Assembly: GCA_963803805.1 (NCBI GenBank)
Contig: CAWDOD010000002.1
Span: 896,001 to 960,000, forward strand
Reading direction: 5' to 3'
Length of the DNA stretch: 64,000 nt
DNA from: an uncultured cyanobacterium
Lineage (GTDB): Bacteria > Cyanobacteriota > Cyanobacteriia > Cyanobacteriales > CAWCAG01
The number at the start of each line of letters is the position of its first letter. Within the stretch, counting starts at the first letter, position 1. This document shows, piece after piece, positions 55,491 through 64,000 of the stretch. The position numbers were made by a program, and so were the translations under genes. The notes beneath the pieces were generated by a model. That model did no database searches. It was given only the letters and a program-made list of their open reading frames with translations, and was not told the DNA's origin.

Positions 55491-55574
55491 TCTTTTAGTG
55501 ACTGGTGATTTAGTTATTTAGTAATTAGGGATTGGAGATGGACAGGGCAAAAATCTCCAACCCTGCAACTTAAT

Positions 55575-58500
55575 TTAGCTATCCACTCCTTCTTCTTTCA
55601 TATCTTCCCTGGTTAGAGATTCGTAGGTGGGGCGATTAGGAGCGCGGCGGCGTTCTGAGTCAGACATGAGGTCTACTTCGACATCACGGCTAGTTCCGTC
55701 TTCGGCCGTTTCTACTTTGTGTACGGCAATATCTAGTCCTAAAGATTGTAATTCTCGCATTAAGACTTTGAAAGATTCTGGAGTGCCAGGACGGGGAATA
55801 GGTTTGCCTTTCACAATGGAGTTGAGGGCTTCGTTACGACCTTGCATATCATCAGATTTTACTGTTAATAGTTCCTGCAAGGTATATGCTGCTCCATAGG
55901 CTTCCAATGCCCACACTTCCATTTCTCCAAAACGCTGTCCCCCTTGTTGAGCTTTACCTCCTAATGGTTGTTGGGTAACCAAGGAATAAGGACCGGTAGA
56001 ACGGGCATGGATCTTATCGTCTACGAGGTGAACTAGCTTCAACATATAAGCTCGACCTACAGTTACAGGGCGATCAAAGGGTTCTCCTGTACGTCCGTCG
56101 TAAACTTGAATCTTACCTGGCTCATCAGGATTAAAAATCCAATCCCGTCCCGGCCTTCTTTTACCTTCAGCAAGTTTGCCATGGACACTATTACGGGAAG
56201 CTTCTTCTCCATACATTTCATCAAAGGGAGTTATTTTAAAGCGCACTCCTAAATTATCTCCAGCCCAACCCAGGAGACATTCAAAGACCTGACCTACATT
56301 CATACGGCTAGGTACACCTAATGGGTTAAGGACAATATCCAAAGGCGTGCCATCAGGGAGGTAGGGCATATCTTCGATGGGGAGGATGCGGGAAATAATA
56401 CCTTTATTGCCATGGCGACCTGCCATTTTGTCTCCCACTTGGATTTTGCGTTTTTGAGCTACATAAACCCGCACTACCATATTGGCCCCGGGGGGAAGCT
56501 CATCTCCTTGTTCCCTAGTGAAGACTCGCACATCTACAACCCGACCTTTTTCACCATTGGGTACTCTGAGGGAATTATCCCTGACATCCCTGGCTTTTTC
56601 GCCAAAAATAGCTCTGAGGAGTTTTTCTTCTGGAGGTTGGTCTGATTCTCCTTTGGGGGTAACTTTACCAACTAAGATATCTCCTGATTCTACCCAAGCT
56701 CCGATACGGATGATACCTCGCTCATCTAAATGGCGTAATCCATCTTCCCCAACATTGGGGATCTCCCTGGTTATTTCTTCTGGCCCTAGTTTAGTTTGTC
56801 GAGCTTCAATTTCATATTTTTCGATGTGAATGCTGGTATAAACATCGTCATATACCAGACGTTCGGAAATGAGAATGGCATCTTCGTAGTTGTAACCTTC
56901 CCAGGGCATATAAGCTACTAATACGTTCTGCCCTAAAGCTAGTTCGCCTCCTTCAGTGGAGGAACCATCAGCGAGTACCTGTCCCGGTACGACATCTTCC
57001 CCTTCATAAACTAAAGGGCGCTGATTTAAGCAGGTGTCTTGGTTAGAACGTTGGTATTTTTGTAGGATATATTCTAGGTTTTGAGGTTCATTAGGAGGTA
57101 AGTCTTCTCCATTTGGCCCAGTTACCCTAACCTTGACTCTTTCAGCATCAACATGGGTAACAATACCATTGGTACGAGAAACCACTACCATACCGGAGTC
57201 TCTGGCTGCTTGGGCTTCTAAACCTGTTCCCACTAAAGGTCTTTCTGGACGCAGTAGGGGGACAGCTTGACGTTGCATATTGGAACCCATTAAGGCTCGG
57301 TTAGCATCGTCGTGTTCCAAGAAAGGAATCAAGCTGGTGGCTACGGAGACGATTTGCATAGGAGAAACCGCCACATAATCCACTTGTTCTGGGGTGGTGG
57401 TGGAAAATTCTTGGCGATAGCGTACAGGAATGGTTTCCCCTAAGATATAACCTTCTTCATCTGTAGCTACATCCCCAGGAGCAACTCTCTGGTCATCTTC
57501 CTGGTCAGCAGTTAAAAAGGCTACTGGTTCGTCTTTAAGTACCCGCCCATCAACGGCTCGAAAGTAAGGGGTTTCAATGAAGCCGTAGAGGTTGACCCTA
57601 GCGTAGGTAGCCAATGAACCAATTAAGCCGGCATTAGGACCTTCAGGAGTTTCTACGGGACAAATACGTCCGTAGTGAGAGGGGTGAATATCCCGGACAG
57701 CAAATCCGGCCCTTTCCCTGGTTAATCCTCCTGGTCCTAAAGCACTGAGGCGACGCTTGTGGGTTAACTCAGCCAGGGGATTGGTTTGATCCATAAACTG
57801 AGAGAGTTGGGAGGAACCGAAAAATTCCTTAATGGCAGCTACCAGGGGCTTGGGATTAACCAAGGAAGCTGGGGTAAGGGAATCTGCTTCTGATACGGTC
57901 ATACGTTCCCTGATGATCCGTTCTAAGCGATTTAGCCCTACTCTAACTTGGTTTTGGAGTAATTCCCCTACGGAACGGACTCGGCGGTTACCAAGGTGAT
58001 CGATGTCGTCAGTACTGCCGATATCAAATTCGAGGTTAATCAGATAATCAATGGCAGAAAGAATATCGGTGGATGTAAGTACCCGCATGGTATCAGGTAC
58101 ATTGAGGCGTAATTTTTTGTTGAGTTTATAGCGCCCCACCCTCCCTAAGTCATAGCGTTTGGGATCAAAAAAGCGCGATTCTAATAAGGCCTTACCTCCA
58201 TTGACTGTAGGAGGTTCCCCTGGACGCAGCTTTCTGTATAACTCCATCAAGGCATCTTCTTCGGTAGGATTGCCTTCTTTTTCTAAGGTTTTGTAATAAT
58301 AGTCAGGATGGCGCAATGCGTCCATGATCTCACTATCAGCTAAACCTAAAGCTTTGAGTAGTACTTGGGCTGAAAGTTTGCGAGTTTTGTCAATGCGAAC
58401 CCAAACTAAATCGTTTTTGTCAGTTTCAAACTTTAACCAGGCTCCCCGATTAGGAATTAAGGAAGCAGAATAGGTACGGCGACCATTTTTATCGGTTTCT

Positions 58501-58898
58501 CCTTTGTAATAAACTCCAGGTGAGCGCACAATTTGGTTAACAATGACTCGCTCTGCCCCATTGATGATGAAGGTTCCCCTATCTGTCATTAAGGGTAAAT
58601 CACCAATAAAAACTTCCTGTTCTTTAATTTCTCCGGTTTCTTTATTGATTAAACGTGTTGGTACATACATTTGCACTGCGTAGGTACTATCCCGACGTTT
58701 AGCTTCGTCAACGTCATATTTCGGCCGCTTGAGTTTGTAGTCAGCCCCAACAAAGTGCAGTTCTAATTTTCCCGTATAGTCGGTAATTGGGGAAAAACTA
58801 TTTAGTTCTTCAATTAATCCTTCTTCTAGAAACCAGCGAAAACTGGAGCGTTGAATATCAATTAGGTCAGGGAGTAAATTATCAGTTAGATTAGTCAT
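55575..58898 (-). CDS. rpoB: RNA polymerase beta subunit
   Basis: [30 protein letters not shown]. Confidence 0.98.
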   Translation of the reverse strand: MTNLTDNLLPDLIDIQRSSFRWFLEEGLIEELNSFSPITDYTGKLELHFVGADYKLKRPKYDVDEAKRRDSTYAVQMYVPTRLINKETGEIKEQEVFIGDLPLMTDRGTFIINGAERVIVNQIVRSPGVYYKGETDKNGRRTYSASLIPNRGAWLKFETDKNDLVWVRIDKTRKLSAQVLLKALGLADSEIMDALRHPDYYYKTLEKEGNPTEEDALMELYRKLRPGEPPTVNGGKALLESRFFDPKRYDLGRVGRYKLNKKLRLNVPDTMRVLTSTDILSAIDYLINLEFDIGSTDDIDHLGNRRVRSVGELLQNQVRVGLNRLERIIRERMTVSEADSLTPASLVNPKPLVAAIKEFFGSSQLSQFMDQTNPLAELTHKRRLSALGPGGLTRERAGFAVRDIHPSHYGRICPVETPEGPNAGLIGSLATYARVNLYGFIETPYFRAVDGRVLKDEPVAFLTADQEDDQRVAPGDVATDEEGYILGETIPVRYRQEFSTTTPEQVDYVAVSPMQIVSVATSLIPFLEHDDANRALMGSNMQRQAVPLLRPERPLVGTGLEAQAARDSGMVVVSRTNGIVTHVDAERVKVRVTGPNGEDLPPNEPQNLEYILQKYQRSNQDTCLNQRPLVYEGEDVVPGQVLADGSSTEGGELALGQNVLVAYMPWEGYNYEDAILISERLVYDDVYTSIHIEKYEIEARQTKLGPEEITREIPNVGEDGLRHLDERGIIRIGAWVESGDILVGKVTPKGESDQPPEEKLLRAIFGEKARDVRDNSLRVPNGEKGRVVDVRVFTREQGDELPPGANMVVRVYVAQKRKIQVGDKMAGRHGNKGIISRILPIEDMPYLPDGTPLDIVLNPLGVPSRMNVGQVFECLLGWAGDNLGVRFKITPFDEMYGEEASRNSVHGKLAEGKRRPGRDWIFNPDEPGKIQVYDGRTGEPFDRPVTVGRAYMLKLVHLVDDKIHARSTGPYSLVTQQPLGGKAQQGGQRFGEMEVWALEAYGAAYTLQELLTVKSDDMQGRNEALNSIVKGKPIPRPGTPESFKVLMRELQSLGLDIAVHKVETAEDGTSRDVEVDLMSDSERRRAPNRPTYESLTREDMKEEGVDS

Positions 58899-59245
58899 AG
58901 GTTTTTTGGCAGTTAGATATCTTAAGCTTGCGGGGCCAGGCCGTTAGAGTTTTTTGATGATTTCGCCTCTGACAGCAACAAAAGGCAATCAATCTCTAGA
59001 CAGAAGACTGATTACCAGGGGTTGAGTTTTTAATCTCTTCAACTTTTTTACTTGCAGTTTTTTCGATGTTGCGTTTTCACTCACGATTAGTTTATGTAGT
59101 GAAGTAAAGCTGCTTCTTATTTTTCCTTTTCAGACATTAAATTACGCTTGGAATTTTCCCATCACTGACTAGCTTGTTATTTTGACTTCAGTTACTCCTT
59201 AACTATTATGACTTAAAATTCAAGAGCAAAACAGGAGGTTTTTGA

Positions 59246-60028
59246 TTAACTTAGAGCGATACCAAATAACTGACAAGCATTAGCTGTAGTTTGTTTGGCT
59301 AATTTTTCTAGAGAAACTTGCCGCAATTGAGCTAGATATTCGGCTACATAACGTACCAAAGCTGGTTCGTTACGCTTCCCTCTACGAGGGACTGGGGCCA
59401 GAAAAGGACAATCGGTTTCTATGAGTAGGCGATCGCTGGGAACTTGTTTGGCTGATTCTTGGACTTGTTGGGCATTTTTAAAGGTGACAATACCGCTGAA
59501 ACTGATGTAGAAACCTAAATCCAAAAACCATTTTGTTTCTTCTTTTGTCCCTCCCCAGCAGTGCATTACTCCTTTTAAAGAACTGTTTTGCTGCTTATAC
59601 TCCCGCAAGATTTCCCTGGTGGTCAAAGCAGCATCTCGGCAATGAATAATGACTGGTTTATTTAGTTGCCCCGCAATTTCGAGTTGGTGTTTGAACACCA
59701 ACTTTTGCTGTTGTTGATTTTCCGCTTTATAAAAATCGAGTCCAATTTCTCCAATTGCGACAACCCGGGGATTGCTCTTAGCTAAATTGGTGATTTCTTG
59801 GGCTGTTTGCTCAGTCCACTTTTCAGCATCGAGGGGATGTAACCCCACAGCAAAAGAAAGTTCCTGAAAACGGTTAGCTAATGCTTGAATATCCAGAAAT
59901 TCCTTGGGTTCAACACAAGAATGCACTAAATGCACTACCCCGGCTTCTTGCCAACGTTTTCGCAGCTCATCTAAATCCTCTTGGAAAACATCAAAGTTGA
60001 TGTGAACATGGCTATCTATTAGCTGCAT
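59246..60028 (-). CDS. tatD: TatD family hydrolase
   Basis: [26 protein letters not shown]. Confidence 0.92.
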   Translation of the reverse strand: MQLIDSHVHINFDVFQEDLDELRKRWQEAGVVHLVHSCVEPKEFLDIQALANRFQELSFAVGLHPLDAEKWTEQTAQEITNLAKSNPRVVAIGEIGLDFYKAENQQQQKLVFKHQLEIAGQLNKPVIIHCRDAALTTREILREYKQQNSSLKGVMHCWGGTKEETKWFLDLGFYISFSGIVTFKNAQQVQESAKQVPSDRLLIETDCPFLAPVPRRGKRNEPALVRYVAEYLAQLRQVSLEKLAKQTTANACQLFGIALS

Positions 60029-60070
60029 TGTTACTATTTTCCACCTAAATAATTTAAGGGAATTGTTCTT

Positions 60071-60364
60071 TTAAGATGCTGCTGTTGCCCTTTTCACAGC
60101 TTTGGCGAGACGAGACTTTTTTCTGGCTCCATTATTAGCGTGTAAAACCTTACGCTTGATAGCTTTATCTATTTTTTGATAAGCCTCAGACATGGTTTGT
60201 TGGACTTTTTCCTCAGCTTCGGAGCTAGGATTGGCGGAATATTCTTGAGCGGCGCTGAAGCATTTTTTCATCAGAGTTCTCACTGCTGATTTATAAGCTT
60301 TGTTGCGCTGTCTGTTCCTTTCGGAGATTTGGATGCGTTTGATTGCTGACTTACTATTGGCCAC
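60071..60364 (-). CDS. rpsT: 30S ribosomal protein S20
   Basis: [11 protein letters not shown]...[12 protein letters not shown]. Confidence 0.97.
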   Translation of the reverse strand: MANSKSAIKRIQISERNRQRNKAYKSAVRTLMKKCFSAAQEYSANPSSEAEEKVQQTMSEAYQKIDKAIKRKVLHANNGARKKSRLAKAVKRATAAS

Positions 60365-60571
60365 GTTGTCTAGACAAAAAGTTCTGTAATTACTAGAGGG
60401 AATAGTATAACACTTATACAGTGATTTAATTCAAGGATTTTCTTACTTGAGAAGTGCAAGCACTAAAAAATCCAGGTTAAGCTATTAGGAGTGGGTCTAA
60501 GCAATGAGTAGAATTTTATTCTCTCAAAAAGCACTTCTCACATTCATCAGTTAATACCTAGAGTTAACTCC

Positions 60572-61870
60572 ATGCTGCGAATTATCACTCAGCAGACTGA
60601 GGCAAAAACTGAACTACGACGGATTCGGCGATCGCAATTTTGATTTCGAGATGCGCTCGAAGGAGGAAGTTGTTCGGGAAGTCCTACAAACTGTTAAGCT
60701 TCAAGGAGATAGAGGTCTTCTAGATTACACAGCAAAGTTTGATAGACAAGTTTTAAAGCCTGAACAACTCCGGATTAGTGGTTCAGAAATTGATGCTGCT
60801 TATCAGCAAGTTAATAAAGAATTAATTGATGCTATCGGGTTAGCATCTAAGCGTATTGAAGATTTTCATCGTCAAAGAATTCCCCAGTCTTGGGTACATT
60901 TTGCTGAAGATGATGTGGTGTTAGGCAAGCGCTATACTCCTGTTGATAAGGCTGGGATTTATGTCCCTGGGGGCAGAGCATCCTATCCTAGTACCGTGTT
61001 GATGAATGCTATTCCAGCTAAAGTAGCTGGAGTTCCCCAATTAGTGATGGTAACGCCCCCAGGAGCAGAAGGTAAAATCAATTCTGCTGTGTTGGTTGCC
61101 GCTACTGAGGCTGGGGTTGAGGAAATTTATCGTGTTGGGGGTTCCCAAGCTATTGCGGCATTGGCTTATGGCACTGAGACTATTCCTCAAGTTGATATTA
61201 TTACTGGTCCTGGTAATATTTATGTCACCTTGGCCAAGAAGATGGTTTACGGTACTGTGGGCATTGACTCCCTAGCTGGACCTTCGGAAGTTCTAATTAT
61301 TGCTGACCGCAGCGCTAAGCCAGTTTATGTAGCTACAGATATGTTAGCCCAAGCCGAGCATGACCCCATGGCAGCGGCGATTCTTTTAACAACAGAAACC
61401 GAGTTAGCTACGAAAGTTCAAGCGGAAGTTAAGCGGCAACTCAAAGACCATCCCCGCCGTCTGTACACAGAAAAGGCGATTGCTAATTATGGTTTGATTG
61501 TGGTCGTTGCTTCCATTGAAGAAGCGGCTGAGCTTTCCAATTTATTTGCCCCAGAACATTTGGAGTTAGAAGTTAAAGATCCTTGGGCAACTTTGGAGTA
61601 TATTCGCCATGCAGGGGCAATCTTTTTAGGTAGTTCAACTCCTGAAGCTGTGGGAGATTATCTCGCTGGCCCAATCACACTTTGCCAACTTCTGGAGCTG
61701 CCCGTTATGCTTCAGCTTTAGGGGTAGAAACTTTCTTGAAACATTCTAGCTTGATTCAATATTCCCCTACGGCTTTGAACAAGATGTCTAGGGCGATTCA
61801 ACTTCTTGCCCAAGCAGAAGGTCTACCTTCCCATGGTGACTCGGTTAAGTTCAGGACTGGAGAAGATTAA
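60572..61870 (+). CDS. hisD: Histidinol dehydrogenase, with two apparent frameshifts
   Basis: MLRIITQ start at 60572 shifts at ~60628; IDSLAGPSEV, AQAEHD, APEHLEL; GDYLAGP|NHTLPTSG shifts at ~61670. Confidence 0.93.
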
Positions 61871-62094
61871 GGTGAATTTTGACATTTATGGGTAGTCCTA
61901 AAGAGGTAATGATAAACTTAAGCAAATAGCCTATTATGCTATAGCAATATCATTACCTTTGTATCACTACCGATATTTCTTGTTTACAATTATTGACACG
62001 AATTTTTTTTGAATACTACTCTAAAGAACATCAACAATTTAGCTAAAGCCGCGATCGCGGCTGAAGATGCTCTAAACTGACGAGTGGATAATTA

Positions 62095-63060
62095 TCAATT
62101 ATTAACTTCAATGCCTCTACTTCTTAACCTTTGCATAAAAAACTCTTCTAAAGAAGTACGAGCGAGATCCATACTGATTAGTTGGGCCTCCATGAGACGC
62201 AAGGTAGCAATAAACTCTTGGGGTTCTCCTTGTAGTTGACCATACCAAAAATCTTCCTTGAACCGCAAATTAGCTACCCAACGTTGGAGAATATCAGTAT
62301 TTCCTCCTCTTCCTTTAACTTGATAAGCATTAATAGAACCAAGAAGTTCGTCTAAAGAACCAACACAAATAAGTTCTCCCCTGGCTAAAATCGCGATGCG
62401 ATCGCAGATTTTTTCCACATCCCCTAAAACGTGGGAGTTAAAGAAAATGGTTTTTCTTTGTTCTTTCAAGGAAAGGATTATTTCGCGCATTTGGTAGCGT
62501 CCGAGAGGATCTAATCCTGACATTGGTTCGTCGAGAAAAACCACATCGGGATTATTAATTAAAGCTTGGGCCATGCCAATTCTTTGTAACATTCCTTTAG
62601 AATACTGGCGTAGTTGTTTGTTACGAGTAGCCGATTGACTCAAGCCCACTAAATCTATTAGTTGAGGAATGCGCTTTTTTTGTTCTGATGGAGAAATGTT
62701 AAATAGTCCTGCCGTATATGCCAGAAACTCCCAACCGGTAAGAAAGTCATAGAAATAAGGATTTTCGGGAAGATAGCCGATATTTTCTTTAACCTGGCGG
62801 TTGCCCAGGGGTTTTCCTAATAGCCTAGCTTTGCCAGAAGTAGGGCGAACAATACCCAGTAGAGTTTTCAATAAAGTTGTTTTTCCTGCCCCATTAGGTC
62901 CTAGCAAACCAAAGGTTTCCCCTTCATAAACTTCTAATGAAAAGTTTTTTAGAGATTCTACTTTCTGGTTTAACCAAAAACCAGTACGATAAATTTTGCC
63001 AAGTTCCCAAGTTTGCACCACTGGAATTTCTTTAGGGGAGTTAACTGGTACGATTGTCAT
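62095..63060 (-). CDS. ABC-2 type transporter ATP-binding protein
   Basis: GPNGAGKTT, YSKGMLQR, FLDEP. Confidence 0.9.
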   Translation of the reverse strand: MTIVPVNSPKEIPVVQTWELGKIYRTGFWLNQKVESLKNFSLEVYEGETFGLLGPNGAGKTTLLKTLLGIVRPTSGKARLLGKPLGNRQVKENIGYLPENPYFYDFLTGWEFLAYTAGLFNISPSEQKKRIPQLIDLVGLSQSATRNKQLRQYSKGMLQRIGMAQALINNPDVVFLDEPMSGLDPLGRYQMREIILSLKEQRKTIFFNSHVLGDVEKICDRIAILARGELICVGSLDELLGSINAYQVKGRGGNTDILQRWVANLRFKEDFWYGQLQGEPQEFIATLRLMEAQLISMDLARTSLEEFFMQRLRSRGIEVNN

Positions 63061-63139
63061 TCTTTATCTTAAATTGCTCTTCGTTTTGTTCTATCGTCCT
63101 ATAATCAAGTATAAATTTGTAGAGTTTTTAAGGATAAAA

Positions 63140-63304
63140 ATGGAGCGAGGTAAAATTATTGCCGTTCTTACCGGGGCTATATCGGTATTAATTGCGATCG
63201 CTTATTTAATTCTCGTACAATTGCTAGATTTTCGTGGTGAGATGATTCCTGCCCCCATTGTATTGGGATCGCTAGTATTGGCTACTTTTAAATTTGGGAA
63301 GTAG
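63140..63304 (+). CDS. Conserved small cyanobacterial membrane protein
   Basis: MERGKIIAVLTGAISVLIAIAYLILVQLLDFRGEMIPAP; AAGGA upstream of the ATG at 63140. Confidence 0.7.
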   Translation: MERGKIIAVLTGAISVLIAIAYLILVQLLDFRGEMIPAPIVLGSLVLATFKFGK

Positions 63305-63324
63305 GGTGAGGTTGTATGAATACT

Positions 63325-63669
63325 TTAACTTTCTAGTTGTTTGGAGAGTTGATTGTTTTGTGTGTACCTATAGGTGATGGCAGCTAAGTTAGCGACTAAA
63401 CAGGTGCTACCGAGTCCGAAAAGAACGAAGGTTTGGACTTGGACAACTCCAATTACAAACCAAGTTGCCACATGGCAGACCATAATAATAGCTAAGCTTA
63501 CAGCCAAGGTGACTATAAGATAGAGATGTAATGAAGAACGGCGTTGCAGTAGAAAAAGTAGGGTTTGTGAGGTAGCCAGTAAGTTAGCTGGCACTAAAAA
63601 AGCACAGATAGCAATGCAGTTGCTACGGGAAAATTCAAATAATGAGGAAATATCTAACATAGCTCCCAT
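63325..63669 (-). CDS. Hypothetical membrane protein
   Basis: FSRSNCIAICAFLVPANLLAT...HVATWFVIGVV. Confidence 0.7.
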   Translation of the reverse strand: MGAMLDISSLFEFSRSNCIAICAFLVPANLLATSQTLLFLLQRRSSLHLYLIVTLAVSLAIIMVCHVATWFVIGVVQVQTFVLFGLGSTCLVANLAAITYRYTQNNQLSKQLES

Positions 63670-63723
63670 TGTAAAAGTTTTTCCCTAGAGAGGGAATAGC
63701 AAACTCTCTAAATTTCCTCTAAC

Positions 63724-64000
63724 CTAAACCCTAGCCCCTACTTTTGCTTGAGTAGACTTATTTGTCCCACCAATTATATCTGGATTAAAGCGATAACCAA
63801 TATTGCGTACTGTTTGAACCAAACTTGGTTGACGAGGATCACTTTCTATTTTTTTGCGTAGGGATAAAACATGGGTATCTATAGTGCGGGGATTGTCAAT
63901 AGCGTCAGGCCAAGCACGCTTAAGCAGTTCAGAACGACTCAAAGCAGTTCCTTGGGCTTGAGCGAGAATATAAAGCAAACTAAACTCTTGGGGAGTTAAT
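63724..64000 (-). CDS. nrrA: OmpR-family response regulator NrrA/Rre37-like, 3' part (truncated by window end)
   Basis: LTPQEFSLLYILAQA...RAWPDAIDNPRTIDTHVLSLRKK...DPRQPSLVQTVRNIGYRF. Confidence 0.75.
   Translation of the reverse strand, partial: LTPQEFSLLYILAQAQGTALSRSELLKRAWPDAIDNPRTIDTHVLSLRKKIESDPRQPSLVQTVRNIGYRFNPDIIGGTNKSTQAKVGARV

Overview
Cyanobacterial chromosome segment: frequent HIP1 GCGATCGC octamers, split rpoC1/rpoC2, cyanoexosortase, a phycobiliprotein lyase and NrrA. The left ~28 kb is accessory. On the minus strand it carries an ECF/HetZ-like sigma factor, a DUF1822 protein and a membrane-anchored CHAT (caspase-like) protease with TPRs, followed by a Calx-beta surface protein, a secreted TPR protein, a filamentous-haemagglutinin/CHAT fusion, a 2513-aa RTX protein with a lipase-like domain, and a PPIase plus HlyB-type type I secretion transporter. 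A divergent DUF4157 effector/membrane protein/YbjN trio lies on the plus strand. Best candidate for a new system: a ~55-bp bipartite motif with exactly conserved 21-nt spacing lies upstream of the sigma operon itself, the Calx-beta gene and the T1SS operon. This suggests a CHAT protease/anti-sigma/sigma cascade whose local regulon can be read from the DNA (inference, not tested). The right part is mostly housekeeping (sigB, ppa, exosortase B-wza-wzc, rpoB-rpoC1-rpoC2, tatD, rpsT, hisD, nrrA). It also holds two tandem NsiR1-like sRNAs with TCCGGA (DIF1) promoters. Several single-base frameshifts, including in essential rpoC1 and in hisD, look like long-read assembly errors.
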